In this document: in pieces, positions 49,678-62,518 of the stretch | Layout: each line of letters begins with the position of its first letter | Numbering within the stretch: position 1 is the stretch's first letter | From: Felis catus | Taxonomy: Eukaryota | Direction: 5' to 3' | DNA length: 64,000 nt | Assembly: GCF_018350175.1 (NCBI RefSeq) | Contig: NC_058368.1 | Location: 168,332,001 to 168,396,000 of the forward strand | Program-made: the position numbers and the translations under genes | Notes under the pieces: generated by a model | Database searches by the model: none | What the model was told of the DNA's origin: nothing | The model's input: only the letters and a program-made list of their open reading frames with translations

Positions 49678-49854
49678 TTTTTAAAAAAATGTTTATTTAT
49701 TTATTTTGAAAGAGAGAGAGAGAGAGATTGAGAATCCCAAGCAGGCTTTGCACAGTTAGCTCAGAGAGGGGCTTGATCCTATGAACCTTGAGATCATGAT
49801 CTGAGCTGAAATCAAGAGTTGAATGCTTAACTGACTGAGCCACCCAGGCACCCC
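49678..49854 (-). mobile_element. Can-SINE
   Basis: TSD taaatacc(a/t)tctt. Confidence 0.9.
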
Positions 49855-51049
49855 TAAATACCTTCTTATATGAAATGGAATTGGGAATTAAAACAAATGG
49901 CTTGTTTTTTCATAGTAACTGAGTGTTCCTGTCATTTTTGTAAATACTCATTAGCTTAACTCTTAGTATTTTAAAAAACCATTTTGATCATTTTGTTCAT
50001 GCTTACCATATTATAACAAATAATAACATCTATAATCTGTGAAGTGTTTGCAGTGTGCCAGGCTCTATATTAAGCACATACAGATTACTTGATTGATGCT
50101 AGTGGTCTAGCCTTGGAACCCAGTCTCCATTTCTTATACATTTTCAATGGGAAAATGGACTCAAATTTTAAAAGCACTGACTTACAAATGAAACAAGTTC
50201 TTCCGCTTCTTCCTCTTCTTCTTCTCCTTCTTCTTCCAAATGAAACTTCTTAACACAATATATTTATAAGAGAACTATTTAAATTGGGTAACAGCAATGA
50301 ATGGAAACCTGTGTAGCATGACAAATTGGATTAAATTAGGGTAACTTTTGTGTGCAGGAGAATATTGAAGTTCTTTCCTATTTTATTTCCAAATAGCATT
50401 CTCGGCATTAAAGATATTACTGCTGACAACATTGTTCTCTGCCTATTTGCAAAACTACGAAGTCTGATGCATATATTATTTGCAGTTACTTTCACAGTAA
50501 ACATTATCATGTGAGTTTGACCTGTTGACTGTGATGTGGCAAAGTACTTTACTAGCAGTGCCTCTTTGCCATCTCTGCTAAAGGTTGCCTTTGCCCAAAT
50601 TAGCCCCACCATCTATGACTGCTATAGTTGCCTAAGTTTTCTGCTGCTACTGCTGTGTCTACACATCTGCATTGATATGATTCAGTGAAACCTTGTTAAT
50701 ATTCTTCAGCTTGCTCTTGTTTGACTCAGTACAAGTTAGTCCATTATAAGGAAGTCATGTTGAACTCAAAATCTGCTTAAAGTGATGACAAGATGGCAAC
50801 TTATCCTGGCATGCCAGGAAAGAAATAATGGACATTTGTGGCTTGTCTGTACTCAGCGTCTGTTTCCCTATATCGGGGTAAAAATATTCTCCTATAGGGA
50901 ACTATAGGAGATTGTTGAGTTGATTCTCAACTCTTTCATTGATTCAGTTGAGGCCTTTGGTTCAGCTGGAGTTGAACCTGCCTCTAGAGCCAGTGGTTGG
51001 TGCATGGAAGTTGAGAGCAGTATATGCCGTGGCCTAGAGACTAGTTCAG

Positions 51050-51390
51050 AGGCAGTTTATGTGATCCAGGCAGGCCAGTCACCGTTGTAAATATCAGTTT
51101 GAGACGTTCTGCTGGAACCAGTGGTAAAGAGAAACTCTCTTTTGTTTTTTGGGGTTGCTAAGCCTATACCTTCTTTCGGCCATTTTGCCACTACTTGAGG
51201 CCAGCCTGAAAATGAAGGCAGCATGGGGCAGGCCAAGCTGGGGAGTGGATGGAGGATATACAAACTACACCGCTTGAGTACCTAGATCTAGGTTCATGTG
51301 AAGCCAGTAGTGAACCCTTAATATTATGGTAGCTTAGGTTAGTTGAGTTGGTTTTTGCCTTTTGCAATTGAAAGAATCCTGAATAATGCA
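51050..51390 (+). mobile_element. MLT1J/K-like MaLR LTR
   Basis: GGCCATTTTGCCAC...GAAGCCAG...TTGAGTTGGTTTTTG..TTGCAATTGAAAGAATCCTGAATAATGCA end. Confidence 0.55.
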
Positions 51391-51764
51391 ATGGTGAAAC
51401 CATACACCAAATTTCAAGAGCATGGTATGCCTATATTTGCCTTAACAAGGATGCAAACAGTTACAATGAAGACTTCTGTTAATATTGAAGAGGGGGCCAC
51501 AAAGTGAGTTGTTGACATTTTCCTGTAGAGCAAAAAGTGTACTCTAGGTTGCTCATGTTGTGTTTTAGAATTCTGCTTTGCTGTCCTTTACCCTATTTGT
51601 AAAACTGGAGTGACAGATAGCAATAATTAGGGAAATATTGGTGCTGTGTCATCTTGTCAACTCTATAATCGTAAAACAAATCTTAGTATTTGGTTGAAAG
51701 GTATAGTAATTAATCAGTAGAAGAGGAAATTTCAGTTGAGGTACCTAAGAGTTTCCATGTGATA

Positions 51765-51968
51765 GACATGCTTTGGAATTTAGGCTCTGCTTTCCAGCTT
51801 TGTGATCATGGTCAAGTTACTTAATCTCTCAGCCACATTTGCCTTGTACTTAGATCTAATAATCCTGTCTAATAGTGCTTTTTTAAAAAAATTAAATGGG
51901 TTAATTTACAAGCTTAGAACAGTACCTGGGCATAATAAGTAGTCAAAATACATTGCTATGATTATTAT
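51765..51968 (+). mobile_element. MIR
   Basis: GGTCAAGTTACTTAATCTCTC...AAGCTTAGAACAGTACCTGGGCATAATAAG...ATTATTATT. Confidence 0.65.
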
Positions 51969-53064
51969 TCCCCCCTTGTTTTTAGGCATTACAACATGTG
52001 GTGCCAGAAAGGAACTCTGGATTTGTATACGATGATTCCATCCTCATCTGTGTTTCCTGACACGTTTGGACAGGAGTCTGGCAGCCCAAGGTACAAAGAG
52101 AGACCCTGGGCTACACTTTAGCATGTTTTCAGTTTCTTGTGGGTTAATGGTTAATATAGAAATGCAACAAAGTATGACTGCTTTATCAGGGTTGCATTCA
52201 GCCTTGAAGCAATTTCCATTTTTATATGTTCACTTACACCAGTTTGTATGATATGAAATCAATGAGAAGAGAACTGTGTTGGCAAGAACTCTGCCTGGTA
52301 AAAAAGAGACATTTTCTTAGACCATGTATGCCTTTAAACACTGTTATTTAAAAATTTGTTATTTCCTTGCAAAAACGTGATTACAGCATTACAAGGAAGA
52401 TATTGCAGTTGGACAGTAGCCTTCTTTCAGCTCTCTTTGAGCAAATATTGTAAATGTCTAGTGTGAGTGCAGTCACATGTTATAATGGGAAACTAAATAA
52501 AAGGATGTAACATTTAAAATTGGTCAGAAAGTCAGAGAAAGGTTGGCTTTTTGGTACATTTTTAGATCATTATTGGTTGGCTTGAACTGCTTCATGCTGT
52601 TACAGGAACAAAATTATTGGAGAATGAAAATAAAGCATTCAAATGATTTAATGAAGATTTTTGTTTTACTGAGGTAATTGACCTCAGTTTGAAGTAAATA
52701 CCCACATCTCTCAATTAATAACTATTTTTAATACTTTTTCTGCTTCCTTCATTGTCTCACTGCCAACCATCAATTATTACAACTGTGAGAATGCCCGAAT
52801 CTAGAAGCTACCCCTTTTAATTTCTTGCTTCTAATCTGCAATGGGGAGGGGAGTTAGATCCTTTCTAAAATAAGAGTGAACAAGCTCTGAGTGAAAGTCA
52901 GTTTTCCAATGGTGAATGGGATAACCTTAGTGTATTGGTTTGTGATTTGTACCCCCTGAATATTTAAAGGATCCTGTTACTTCCTTCGAATGTTCTCAGC
53001 CATGTCCAGATGAGGATGTAACTTTTGGTTAAGTAATATGCTTTTATAACAAATTAAAAATTTC

Positions 53065-53180
53065 AGGGACATCAGGCTAGCTCTTTTGGAGGACCATGCG
53101 ACTCTTGATCTCAGAATCTTGAATTGGAGCTCCACATTGAGCCTGGAGCCTACTTAAAAAGAATAAATAAATTAAAAAAA
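53065..53180 (+). mobile_element. short tRNA-derived SINE (no CT tract)
   Basis: tRNA-like head then CTACTTAAAAA tail; TSD aaaaattt(c/t)aggga. Confidence 0.7.
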
Positions 53181-56050
53181 ATTTTAGGGACTTTTTATAT
53201 AGCTAAGCTCTATACTTGTACATAAGTTATTTTCACTTGGTTATTACCTTGCTCAAACCTTCCAAGTATTTAATGTCAAGAGAGTATTTAATGTCAAAAG
53301 GAACATATCTAGAGTCTCTATTTTGTATGTCTTATTCTTCTAAATTGACCCCTTTCCCTTCTCTACCTATCTGTGACATGGCTTCATTGTTTCCTGGATA
53401 TCCCTTGCTTGCTTTTATCTATACGTAATATTTAAACTGTTGGTTTGAATTAAGGCAAATTTTCCTACCTTCTCATCCTTTTAATTGCCTGTAACTGCAT
53501 AGTTTTTCCCATTGGGAAGCTGATCAAATACTGTCTTTGAGTATGCTCTTATCTGCTCTGAACAAAGGTATGTTCCTTCTTCAGTAGGAAGATTCTTCAG
53601 AAGGAAAAAATATTATTATCTCTTTTATATTCTTCCCATTATCTTGTCTTATGTCTGGTACGTCTATTCAGTCAGGGATGATGGAGCAACACAGGAAGGC
53701 TAGTGATTTGAGCAAAATTGTTTGCCCTTCTTTGTATATATCTTTACTTCTCCTGGCACAAGCCTTCTTTGTGTAAAGGAGTCTGAATGTTGTCTTGCTA
53801 CATCAGAATGGATGGGAAAAAATGATTACTAAATCACTCATGTATATGTGTGCAAGGCTTTAAAGGAAACGGGTTCGAAAAATCTGGTTGCCTGCACAGA
53901 AGGTGAGACACCAGGTCCACTTGTAGACATTGGATGGTTTCTGGCACTTTTTTCAAATGAGAGGATTTCTTGTCTCCAGTATATGGTTCACATATATGAC
54001 TGATACACTCTCTTGTCATGGACCCTTTATATATCTAGTTACATAGGTAATTTTTGTAATTGTTATTCCCATCTCAATGTTTATATTTTGTCAAAGGGAA
54101 TCTTTTCCATTATGTTTCTTCTCCATTTTGAAACGACTCTAATGGAAAATTTGCTGTACTTATTTTTTTACATTCAAGATGAAGGTTATTTTACTCTACT
54201 TATTAATGAGTCACATAAATCCTGTAGGTTTTCTTGACCCAAATTCCAAGTGTTTTATTATTTTTTTAATCTCACAACATGGTAAACACTTATTAGAGAT
54301 GAATAAATCCTTCCTGGAAATAAAATGTATATCATTAATTGGGCAAGCCATCAGACTCTCCACTTAATAATTCATGGGACCCAGCAAAGGACTCAAAGGT
54401 ATCTGAGTTGTTTGGTTACAAGATGCTAATGATGGTAAGGTCAGAAGAGCCTCATTTCTGCCCAGTTAGTTTTATGCTGATGAAATTTCTGCTTTAAACA
54501 TGTACACTGTTTTTGCAGTGTAGGCAGCCATCTCAGTGATCCACCTGCCCTGTCAGGAAGGAAGAAAACTTGAGTGGCAACCTCACCACTGCGAACAAAA
54601 TTTTGAAGCAAAGTGCCCACAATTCTAGAGATTCAGGGTCAATGTATGTCATACCATCATTATCTATTTCTAAATAATCCTAGAAATTAAAGATCTCTGT
54701 GATGCTGTGTTCCAGTTGGTGTTGACTCGGCCCCTTTCTTTTTTTGGCACCATAACTAGTCCACAAAATGACACAGGGCATCAACCTGCCACGATTTCAC
54801 TACCCGTACTCCTACATTCTTCTACAAAGCTTATAAAGGAGAGTTAATTACAGATCTGACTAACTACACAAAGCTGACACATATAACATATAAAAAGCTT
54901 TTTATTGCCAGATAAATGCTTTCTCAGTTGCAGTGATATTGAACAGCAAGTGATGATACCAAAGGCAGCTAATTACAGGTCTAAATTCCCAATAGATTAT
55001 ACTGAGGTACCCTGGACTCCGCCTCCTTTTTCAATGCAGAGGCATGAATTTGAATTAGGTAAAACGTTTTGCTAAACCCGTTATAGCTAAAAACTTACAC
55101 TTCATGACTCAAAAGGGCAAAGGATTAGTGTAAACTTATTTTACATTTAAAATACATTAAGTAACCAGATAATGCTGGCATTTGGCATTCTTGTAATTTT
55201 ATACAAAGAGAACCCTGATATTCTCATTTTTATTTCCCACGACTTTCTTGTGAAAGACTTGTTCCTTTGTAATCTTGGTGGATATTTGGAAGTTGCAAGG
55301 GAAAATGTTATATAGGAGGAAAGGTTTGAAAAATAATCTAAATTTTTATTCTCGAATACTTACAAGTACCTTTTGAGCTCTTATCACTCTTTAGATGTCT
55401 GATGGAAAAAAAACTTTACAGTGCTTAGATTGTTTATGTTGTCACTTTCTACTTTCTGGCTATTTTCCAATTGTTCATTTATTCTTTGCTTATAGAGGAA
55501 TGTGGTTCAACAATCATACAGTAGGCCAAGCTTATCATAACATCAATTTTCAGTGTGGCTACACATTAATGAAAGCTCTCTTGTGGAAAATTTTTATGTT
55601 TTGTTAAGAAAAGGATCTCTTTGTACAAGATTATTCTATCTGCAATTTTGGGTGTCCTGTTGACATCAATTATCCCATTTAAAAATTTAAAGCTTTATTT
55701 GTAAATAAGCAACACATGCACATGAAAAAATTTTAAAGAGTTATATACTAGTAAAAAGGAAGTCTCCTTACTCACGTCTAGGGTAACCACTGTTACCAAC
55801 ATTTTTTTTTTTCATCTTGGGAGATATATTGTGCATATATACACAAATAAGGAAAATGGTCCACTTTTATGTATAAATGGCAGCATGATGTATTACATTT
55901 TTACAACTTTGTTTTTTGTATAACCATGTAACTTGGAGTTTTCTTCATATTCAGCTGTGTTATTGGCTTTTATGGTGATATAATCCATCACAATTCTTAA
56001 ATGCACAAAAGACCTCTGACCTTTTAAGGCATATTTATGTATTAAAAAAA

Positions 56051-56232
56051 TTTTTATTTACTTTTGAGAGAGAGAGAGAGTGTGCAAGCAGGGGAGGAGC
56101 AGAGAAAGAGGAGACAGAAGATCTGAAGTGGGCTCTGCACTGATGGTAGAGCCCCTAATGTGGGGCTCAAACACACGAACTGTGAGATCATGACCTGAGC
56201 CGAAGTCAGATGATTAACCAACAAAGCCAAAG
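56051..56232 (-). mobile_element. Can-SINE (5' end eroded)
   Basis: SINEC body; flanks ag(g/a)catattta. Confidence 0.88.
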
Positions 56233-56257
56233 ACATATTTAAAACAAAAATACATTA

Positions 56258-56460
56258 TTTAAAGTTTATTTATTCTGAGAGAGAGTGAAAGAGAGCATGA
56301 ACTGGGGAGGGGCAGAGAAAAGGGAGAAAGAGGATCTCAAGCAGGCTCCGCCCTCCTAACGCAGACCCCAATGGGGGCCTGAACTCATGAACTGTGAGAT
56401 CATGACCTGAGCCGAAATCAAGAGTGAGACACTAAACCAACTGAGCCACCCAGGTGTCCC
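56258..56460 (-). mobile_element. Can-SINE
   Basis: TSD taaaac(a/g)aaaatacatt. Confidence 0.92.
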
Positions 56461-56569
56461 TAAAACGAAAATACATTTCTTTTCCTGGCAATCAGAATAC
56501 ATGATGGTTTTTCTTCCCATTCTAATTTAAAATATTTTTGTGCAAGAAAATCAGTATTTTGCAAATTCA

Positions 56570-56750
56570 GTATGGTTTCCAGTACTGACACTTCCTGAGT
56601 GACTTTGGACATGTTACTCTCTAAATATGAGGTGTTTTTTTTTTTTTTTCATTTGTAAAATGGGAGAGTACATTTCAAAGGATTGTTGGAAAGATTAAAT
56701 AAGCTTGTGAGCATGATACACTTAAGCTCATTACATGGCACATAGTGCTG
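56570..56750 (+). mobile_element. MIR
   Basis: GTGACTTTGGACATGTTAC...TCATTTGTAAAATGGG...GGATTGTTGGAAAGATTAAAT...GGCACATAGT. Confidence 0.65.
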
Positions 56751-56864
56751 TGTCTAGAACATTGACATCTGTACTTATCTATGTATCCATAGCTGTATCT
56801 GTTTATAGCTATACATACCTGTGTCCATGTCTACAAGAATACCCATATCTTTCTGTGTGATGTT

Positions 56865-57127
56865 AAAATTAAGATGACTACCTCATCTATAACAAACCCC
56901 ATGTCTCTGTATCCTTTTTCTAGGCTTTATTTTTCTCCATAGCACTGAGTGACATGTAAGTGACATAGTATACCTGATATTATATGTTTATTTAGTGTCT
57001 GTTTCTACTAGAATATAAGCTCCAAGAGAGCAAAGACCTTGTCTGCTTTATATACTACAAGGTCCTATAGAGCCTAGAATTATGCCTGACATGTAATGGG
57101 TACTCAAGAAATATTTGCTGAATGAAT
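56865..57127 (+). mobile_element. L2 3' end
   Basis: CTAGAATATAAGCTCCAAGAGAGCAAAGACCTTGTCTG...GCCTAGAATTATGCCTGAC...ATATTTGCTGAATGAAT. Confidence 0.75.
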
Positions 57128-57252
57128 TTAATAATTATTTATTAAACTTGACTCTTAGAATTAAAGTGTACATTGAAATATATTTACTTTCCTTTTAAAT
57201 ATGGTGCATGCTATGTGATAGAATCTTAGAATCAAAGCAATGTGATATTCTT

Positions 57253-57467
57253 TTTAAAAAATTTTTTTTAACATTCATTTTTGAGAGACAGAGAGATGAA
57301 GCATGAGCAGGGAAGGGGCAGAGAGAGAGGGAGACACAGAATCTGAAGCAGGCTCCAGGCTCTGAGCTGTCAGCACAGAGCCCAACATGGGGCTCGAACT
57401 CATGAACCATGAGATCATGACCTGAGCCAAAGTCAGACGTTTAACTGTCTGAGCTACCCAGGCGCCC
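57253..57467 (-). mobile_element. Can-SINE
   Basis: TSD atgtgatattctt at 57240-57252/57468-57480. Confidence 0.95.
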
Positions 57468-59210
57468 ATGTGATATTCTTGATGTGTACTATCACAGCTT
57501 CTGATCAAATAAAATAATTAGCATTTGTTAGACTCAGATTGCAGCAGGTGAAAGGGATCTGAGTGATTAGGGTACAGGTTCTTCATTTCACAAATAAAAA
57601 GAATTCAGTATGAGGAACAAATCTTGAATTAAAAAATGAGATCTGACTCAGGTACTTACTACCATATTAGTTTGGTACTGATGTGTGTTCAACACTCTAC
57701 AAACCACTAGGGGTATAAAGCAAGGTCTCTGTCCTCAGGAACCTTATTTGAAAAGATAGGTCTAGCACATGTGAACTGTTAGAGAATATGAGGAGACAGC
57801 ACAGTTCTAAAGGCTATAATACCTAGTAAACTAATTCAGAGATGATCAAGGAAAGGCATCATGGGAGTCATGGAACTTCACCTAGGCCAGGAGAAATGAA
57901 CTAATTTAGATGGGAAAACTGGGAGAAATATTACAGACAGGGAACACACGTGGAGAACATGGGATGAGCATGAGCGTTCATGAATGAGAAAGACGGGAAG
58001 CAGGTGACACATTGCAGAAGTACTTGATAGGTAAGTAGTGGGAAATACTGTTGGGATGGGGATGTTGGGCAAGTAAAACAAATGTTTTTCACATTTGTTT
58101 CTCTGTGATATAAGAATTGAGACTGTTCACTTTAAAAAGGAACTGGTGAAGGAACTGGAAAGAAATGGAAAGATGTAAGAAGGAAACCGAAGTCTTGAAA
58201 GTAGTATTTGAGGCCAGTAGGTGTGGCAGTGGTGTGCTGAATAGTTTAGGTGGCACTTAGGGCAGCCAGAGATATGGAGGGGAGATGTCATTTCTGTGTT
58301 GCAGACTTTTGGTGCCTGCAGCTCTTCACTTGCATGTCATTAGGACTGGCTGCCCTTTACTCCTCTTTATCATTGTCAGCTATTTACTTCCTAATGTAAC
58401 TTTTTCTAGTAACTCTGGCAAGTATTACATTCTTGGTGAAGTCTTCTCTGAACTTGCCAAGTTGTTGACTACACCTTCTCCTTTGTATGCCCACTACAGT
58501 TAGGTGGGTATTCCATATCAGTTACTATTTATCACATATTAAATGGGATATATATATATTTACCACTTTTACTCTGAACAATATTGTACACTCTTTTAGT
58601 TCATGTAGGGTCTGACCCATCACTTAATGCAGTACCTGAGGCAGAGTGGGGCTTTATATTACTTCATCAAATGGTTGCATTATTCCTTACCTGAAGTCAT
58701 TCTGTGTGACATCAGTATCTATCTATTCTATTAGCATTATGTTTGCCTTAGGATTCCTACCCTCTGTGGCTCTAAGAACTTTTGCCACCTCCCACTTAGT
58801 CACCTGCTCCATGGCTGATCCTTGAACTAGATTGGACCCCACTTAAACATTAGACCCCTAAGTGTTCTTATATGACTAGGACATCCTATCATTTTGGTTC
58901 TCTTACTGCCTTATCCCCTAATATCCTGTCTCTTAATCCCTTCATTGTTTCTCAGGCCATCAGCTTGGTTCTGGGTCCACTTCTTCCTTCTGGCAGAGAT
59001 CCATGATCTATGGATACTCTTAACTCTTTGGTCCTTGTTTTCACTGTACCAGCTATGGAGAAGAACCACACAACTGGTTTGGTATGGAACCTTCATGGAT
59101 TGATGGTCTCCAGTGTATGCTAATCTTCCTTGCTGCCTGGAATTTATTCAGCTCTTTCGCCATCATTTTGGTGACTATTTCAAGCCTTCATTACTCCCTT
59201 CATATCTTCT

Positions 59211-59423
59211 TTTTTTTTTTTTTTAACATTTATTTTTGAGACAGAGAGAGACAGAGCATGAATAGGGGAGGGGCAGAGAGAGAGGGAGACACAGAATCGG
59301 AAGCAGGCTCCAGGCTCTGAGCCATCAGCCCAGAGCCCGACGCGGGGCTCGAACTCATGGACCGCGAGATCGTGACCTGAGCTGAAGTCGGACGCTTAAC
59401 TGACTGAGCCACCCAGGCGCCCC
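59211..59423 (-). mobile_element. young Can-SINE
   Basis: 16-bp TSD tcccttcatatcttct at 59195-59210/59424-59439. Confidence 0.96.
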
Positions 59424-59950
59424 TCCCTTCATATCTTCTAACTCATCATTGCTCTCAAGAAAGGATCTTGACTCCCACTTTATAGACAAAATAGAATTAA
59501 TAAGGCAGAAACCTCTTCAGTTTTCCCCAAGAAACCTACCAATTTAATTGCAATGTGTATCTAGAGCTGATCTCGCCATCTCTGCTCACTGTATTCATAC
59601 TCCTGCCTTTTCATTTACTAGTTGGTCCACTGCAGTCTGATTCTGCCTGATGCCCTCATCTTGTCATACCACTGAAATTTCTTTTGCTAAGGAAATTTAT
59701 ATTCTTGTAGCTGCTAAATTTCTTAAACAAATTTCAGTCTTAAAATCTCAGTTATTCTCTGTGTTTGACCCTGATAACCACATCGCTGTTTTTGGTCTTT
59801 TCATACCCTTGGTTTCAGTAACTTGTCTTTCTTTGGACTTTTCTTCCTTTCTCTGATTATTTGTCCTTTATTTACTTTAAGAGATACTCTTCTGTATTTT
59901 TCTCTTAAATGCCACTAGTCTTGAGCTTCACCCCTTCTCCTTTCTCTTCT

Positions 59951-60166
59951 TTTTTTTTTTTTCCAACGTTTATTTATTTTTGCGACAGAGAGAGACAGAG
60001 CATGAACGGGGGAGGGGCAGAGAGAGAGGGAGACACAGAATCGGAAACAGGCTCCAGGCTCTGAGCCATCAGCCCAGAGCCTGACGCGGGGCTCAAACTC
60101 ACGGACTGCGAGATCATGACCTGGCTGAAGTCGGACGCTTAACCGACTGCGCCACCCAGGCGCCCC
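59951..60166 (-). mobile_element. young Can-SINE (SINEC_Fc-like)
   Basis: 16-bp TSD ttctcctttctcttct at 59935-59950/60167-60182; CpGs largely intact. Confidence 0.96.
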
Positions 60167-60489
60167 TTCTCCTTTCTCTTCTATCCTCCTCTCTTTTTCT
60201 CTTGATGTATGCACATCCTGTAAGTCATATCATCACAATTCATAGCTTCAACTATTGTTGATAGATAGAATCTCTATCTCTACCTCAAACTGCCCTTGTA
60301 AACTCAAGAAAATATAATCAACTGAATAGTTCCATTTTATGTCCCATGGGCACTATAATCTCAACCTGTCAAAGCTAATTTCATTTTCTTTCCTATACTT
60401 CTCCTTTTCCACCTTACTTTTGCCACTACAAACCTGAGAGTCAATTAAGACTTCTCCTTTTCTGTCTTACAATATTGAACCAGTCTTTA

Positions 60490-60604
60490 TTTTTTATTAA
60501 CAAAAAAATTTTTTAAGTAAGCTCTGTGGCCAGTGTGGGACTTGAACTCATGACCCTGAGATCAGGGGTTACATGCTCTATTGACTAAGTCAGCCAGGAG
60601 GCCC
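60490..60604 (-). mobile_element. short tRNA-derived SINE (no CT tract)
   Basis: 14-bp TSD tgaaccagtcttta at 60476-60489/60605-60618; B-box TGAGTTCAAGTCCC on minus strand. Confidence 0.85.
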
Positions 60605-61189
60605 TGAACCAGTCTTTAAGTCCCATCAATTTAAACCCCAATATATGATCAATTTTCTTTATATCCCTACTGCTACTAACTTAGTCTTGCTTTACAGGAT
60701 TCCTGTGTTACTGCAACAGCTTTCTAACCAATCTCCTGTTTTCAGTTGTGCTTTTCTAAATTGTCCTTAAGGTATTGTCAGTTTCTAAGAAGCAAAACCA
60801 TCATGTCCTTCCTATGCTTAAAATATTTTATTTGTTCCCCATCTCCTTCAATATAAAATTCAAATTTCTTGGCATGGTAAAAATAAGACCCTGGTGATTT
60901 GGCTCCAGGCTCCCTTTCTACCTTGCCTTTTATTTATTGAGAAGCAAAGAATATGTGCCAAGCGCTCTGCTAGGCAATGGAAACACAGAGAGAGTGAGCG
61001 GCAGTCCCTGTCTCTGGTGAATTCACAGTATCTAATAGGGTAGAATGACACATGAACAAATGTTTCCAAATGAGGTAGCAGGTAGAATACCAAGAGCTTG
61101 GACCAGGCCACCTCTATAGTCTAATGTCAAGCTGGGCACACAAACACACATGCCACGGACAACTCAAAGAGCTGAATCAGGTTGGAAGA

Positions 61190-61605
61190 TCTATTATTTT
61201 CCTGTGGCTGTTGTAGCAAACTGCTATGAACTTGGTGGCTTAAAAATAACACAGATTAATTATTTTCTAGTTCTAGAGTCCACACATTTTCTTGCCTTTT
61301 CTAGCTTCTGAGACTGCCTGCATTCTTTGGCTCCTGACCCCTTCCTCACATCACTCCTGCTTCATGCTTCCATCATCTCCTCTCCTACTTCTCATCTGTA
61401 ATCCAAATCTCCCCATTTCCCCCTGTTCTAAGGACACTTGATACTACATTTAGGGTCCGCTCGAAGAATCCAGGATGATCTCCACATCTCAAGGTCCTTA
61501 ATTTAATCACATCTGCAGAGTCCCTCTTGCCACATAAGGTAACATATTTAAGGTTCCAGGGGTTAGCATCTGAATATCTTAGGGGCCATTATTCAGCCTA
61601 CCACA
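61190..61605 (-). mobile_element. MLT1C-like MaLR LTR
   Basis: TTTCCTGTGGCTGTTGTAGCAAA...AACTTGGTGGCTTAAAA...AATCCAGGATGATCTCCACATCTCAAG...GGGCCATTATTCAGCCTACCACA. Confidence 0.8.
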
Positions 61606-62282
61606 AAATACATAATATGTTTGATTTCACCTACTGACTGGTATTAAAAAAAAAAGTTGCTGACAGTGAAAAAGTTTAAGATATTACATAAACATCCAGA
61701 TTCCTGGCTGCCTCTGGCCTCTCTGGGCCTACAATCCCACATGGCCACTGTAGGCTGGTACCTTCGAAGTGGCCTGCATTCTCCAGTCAGCTCACTGCCT
61801 CCCAGTTTTTGCTGCTCTGCCCTGAGCCAGCTTTGCTCATCCAGACTGACTTTGGGACCTGACTTTGGAACTGACGTTGGAACCCTCTGGAATCTGCTTC
61901 TTGTCCTCAACTTTCCACCTTTGTAGGTGTTCATCCCTTCCTGCTGGAGTTCTTTCCCTTATTCTCCCTCCTCTGCAACCACCTAGGTACTCCTGCTCAT
62001 CCTTTAAGAATCGGTGGAAGTGTCTTTCTCTGGGAATCCTTCTCTACGTCTCCTGTTCTTGTGAGTTAGTACCTCTTAGCACCGCTGTTTTAACATTTGG
62101 TCCACCATGTTTGTTCCCCCATGGAGGCAGAGCTTGAGTCTTTTTCTGACTTTAGCATATCACCCACCGTAGGAACTCAGTAAATGTTTGCTGAATGCAT
62201 AAATGTGATGTGCAAAAGTGGTGACACTATTGGTGGGTGCATTCATTGTGAAGTAAAAAGTGCTATTAAGAGTTTTTGGCTA

Positions 62283-62518
62283 GGGGCGCCTGGGTGGCTC
62301 AGTCGGTTAAGCGTCCGACTTCAGCCAGGTCACGATCTCGTGGTCCGTGAGTTCGAGCCCCGCATCAGGCTCTGGGCTGATGGCTCAGAGCCTGGAGCCT
62401 GTTTCCGATTCTGTGTCTCCCTCTCTCTCTGCCCCTCCCCCGTTCATGCTCTGTCTCTCTCTGTCCCCAAAAAAATAAATAAACGTTGAAAAAAAAAATT
62501 AAAAAAAAAATTAAAAAA
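62283..62518 (+). mobile_element. young Can-SINE (SINEC_Fc-like)
   Basis: 15-bp TSD aagagtttttggcta at 62268-62282/62519-62533; long patterned A tail. Confidence 0.97.

Larger units (their letters stand above)
58750..60915 (+). mobile_element. long degenerate L2 interrupted by three SINEs
   Basis: L2 ORF2-like blocks (TGGAGAAGAACCACACAAC; CACTGCAGTCTGATTCTG..CACTGAAATTTC; CATAGCTTCAACTA; TCATGTCCTTCCTATGCTTAAAA). Confidence 0.6.

Noticed and set aside
50534..50575. Hairpin TGGCAAAG...CTTTGCCA as pre-miRNA
   Set aside because: Stem too short and bulged for a pre-miRNA; matches no miRNA I recognise.
50804..50819. Perfect 16-bp palindrome TCCTGGCATGCCAGGA
   Set aside because: About one such palindrome is expected by chance in 64 kb (64000 x 4^-8); spacing does not fit NFI.
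54519..54830. Exon-like unique sequence
   Set aside because: The frames tested from the candidate acceptors on either strand hit stops within ~35 codons; no coding support.
1553..62489. Recurrent short ORFs such as MAQSVK...SLSQK and GAPGW...KINKR
   Set aside because: Translations of Can-SINE copies, not a gene family.
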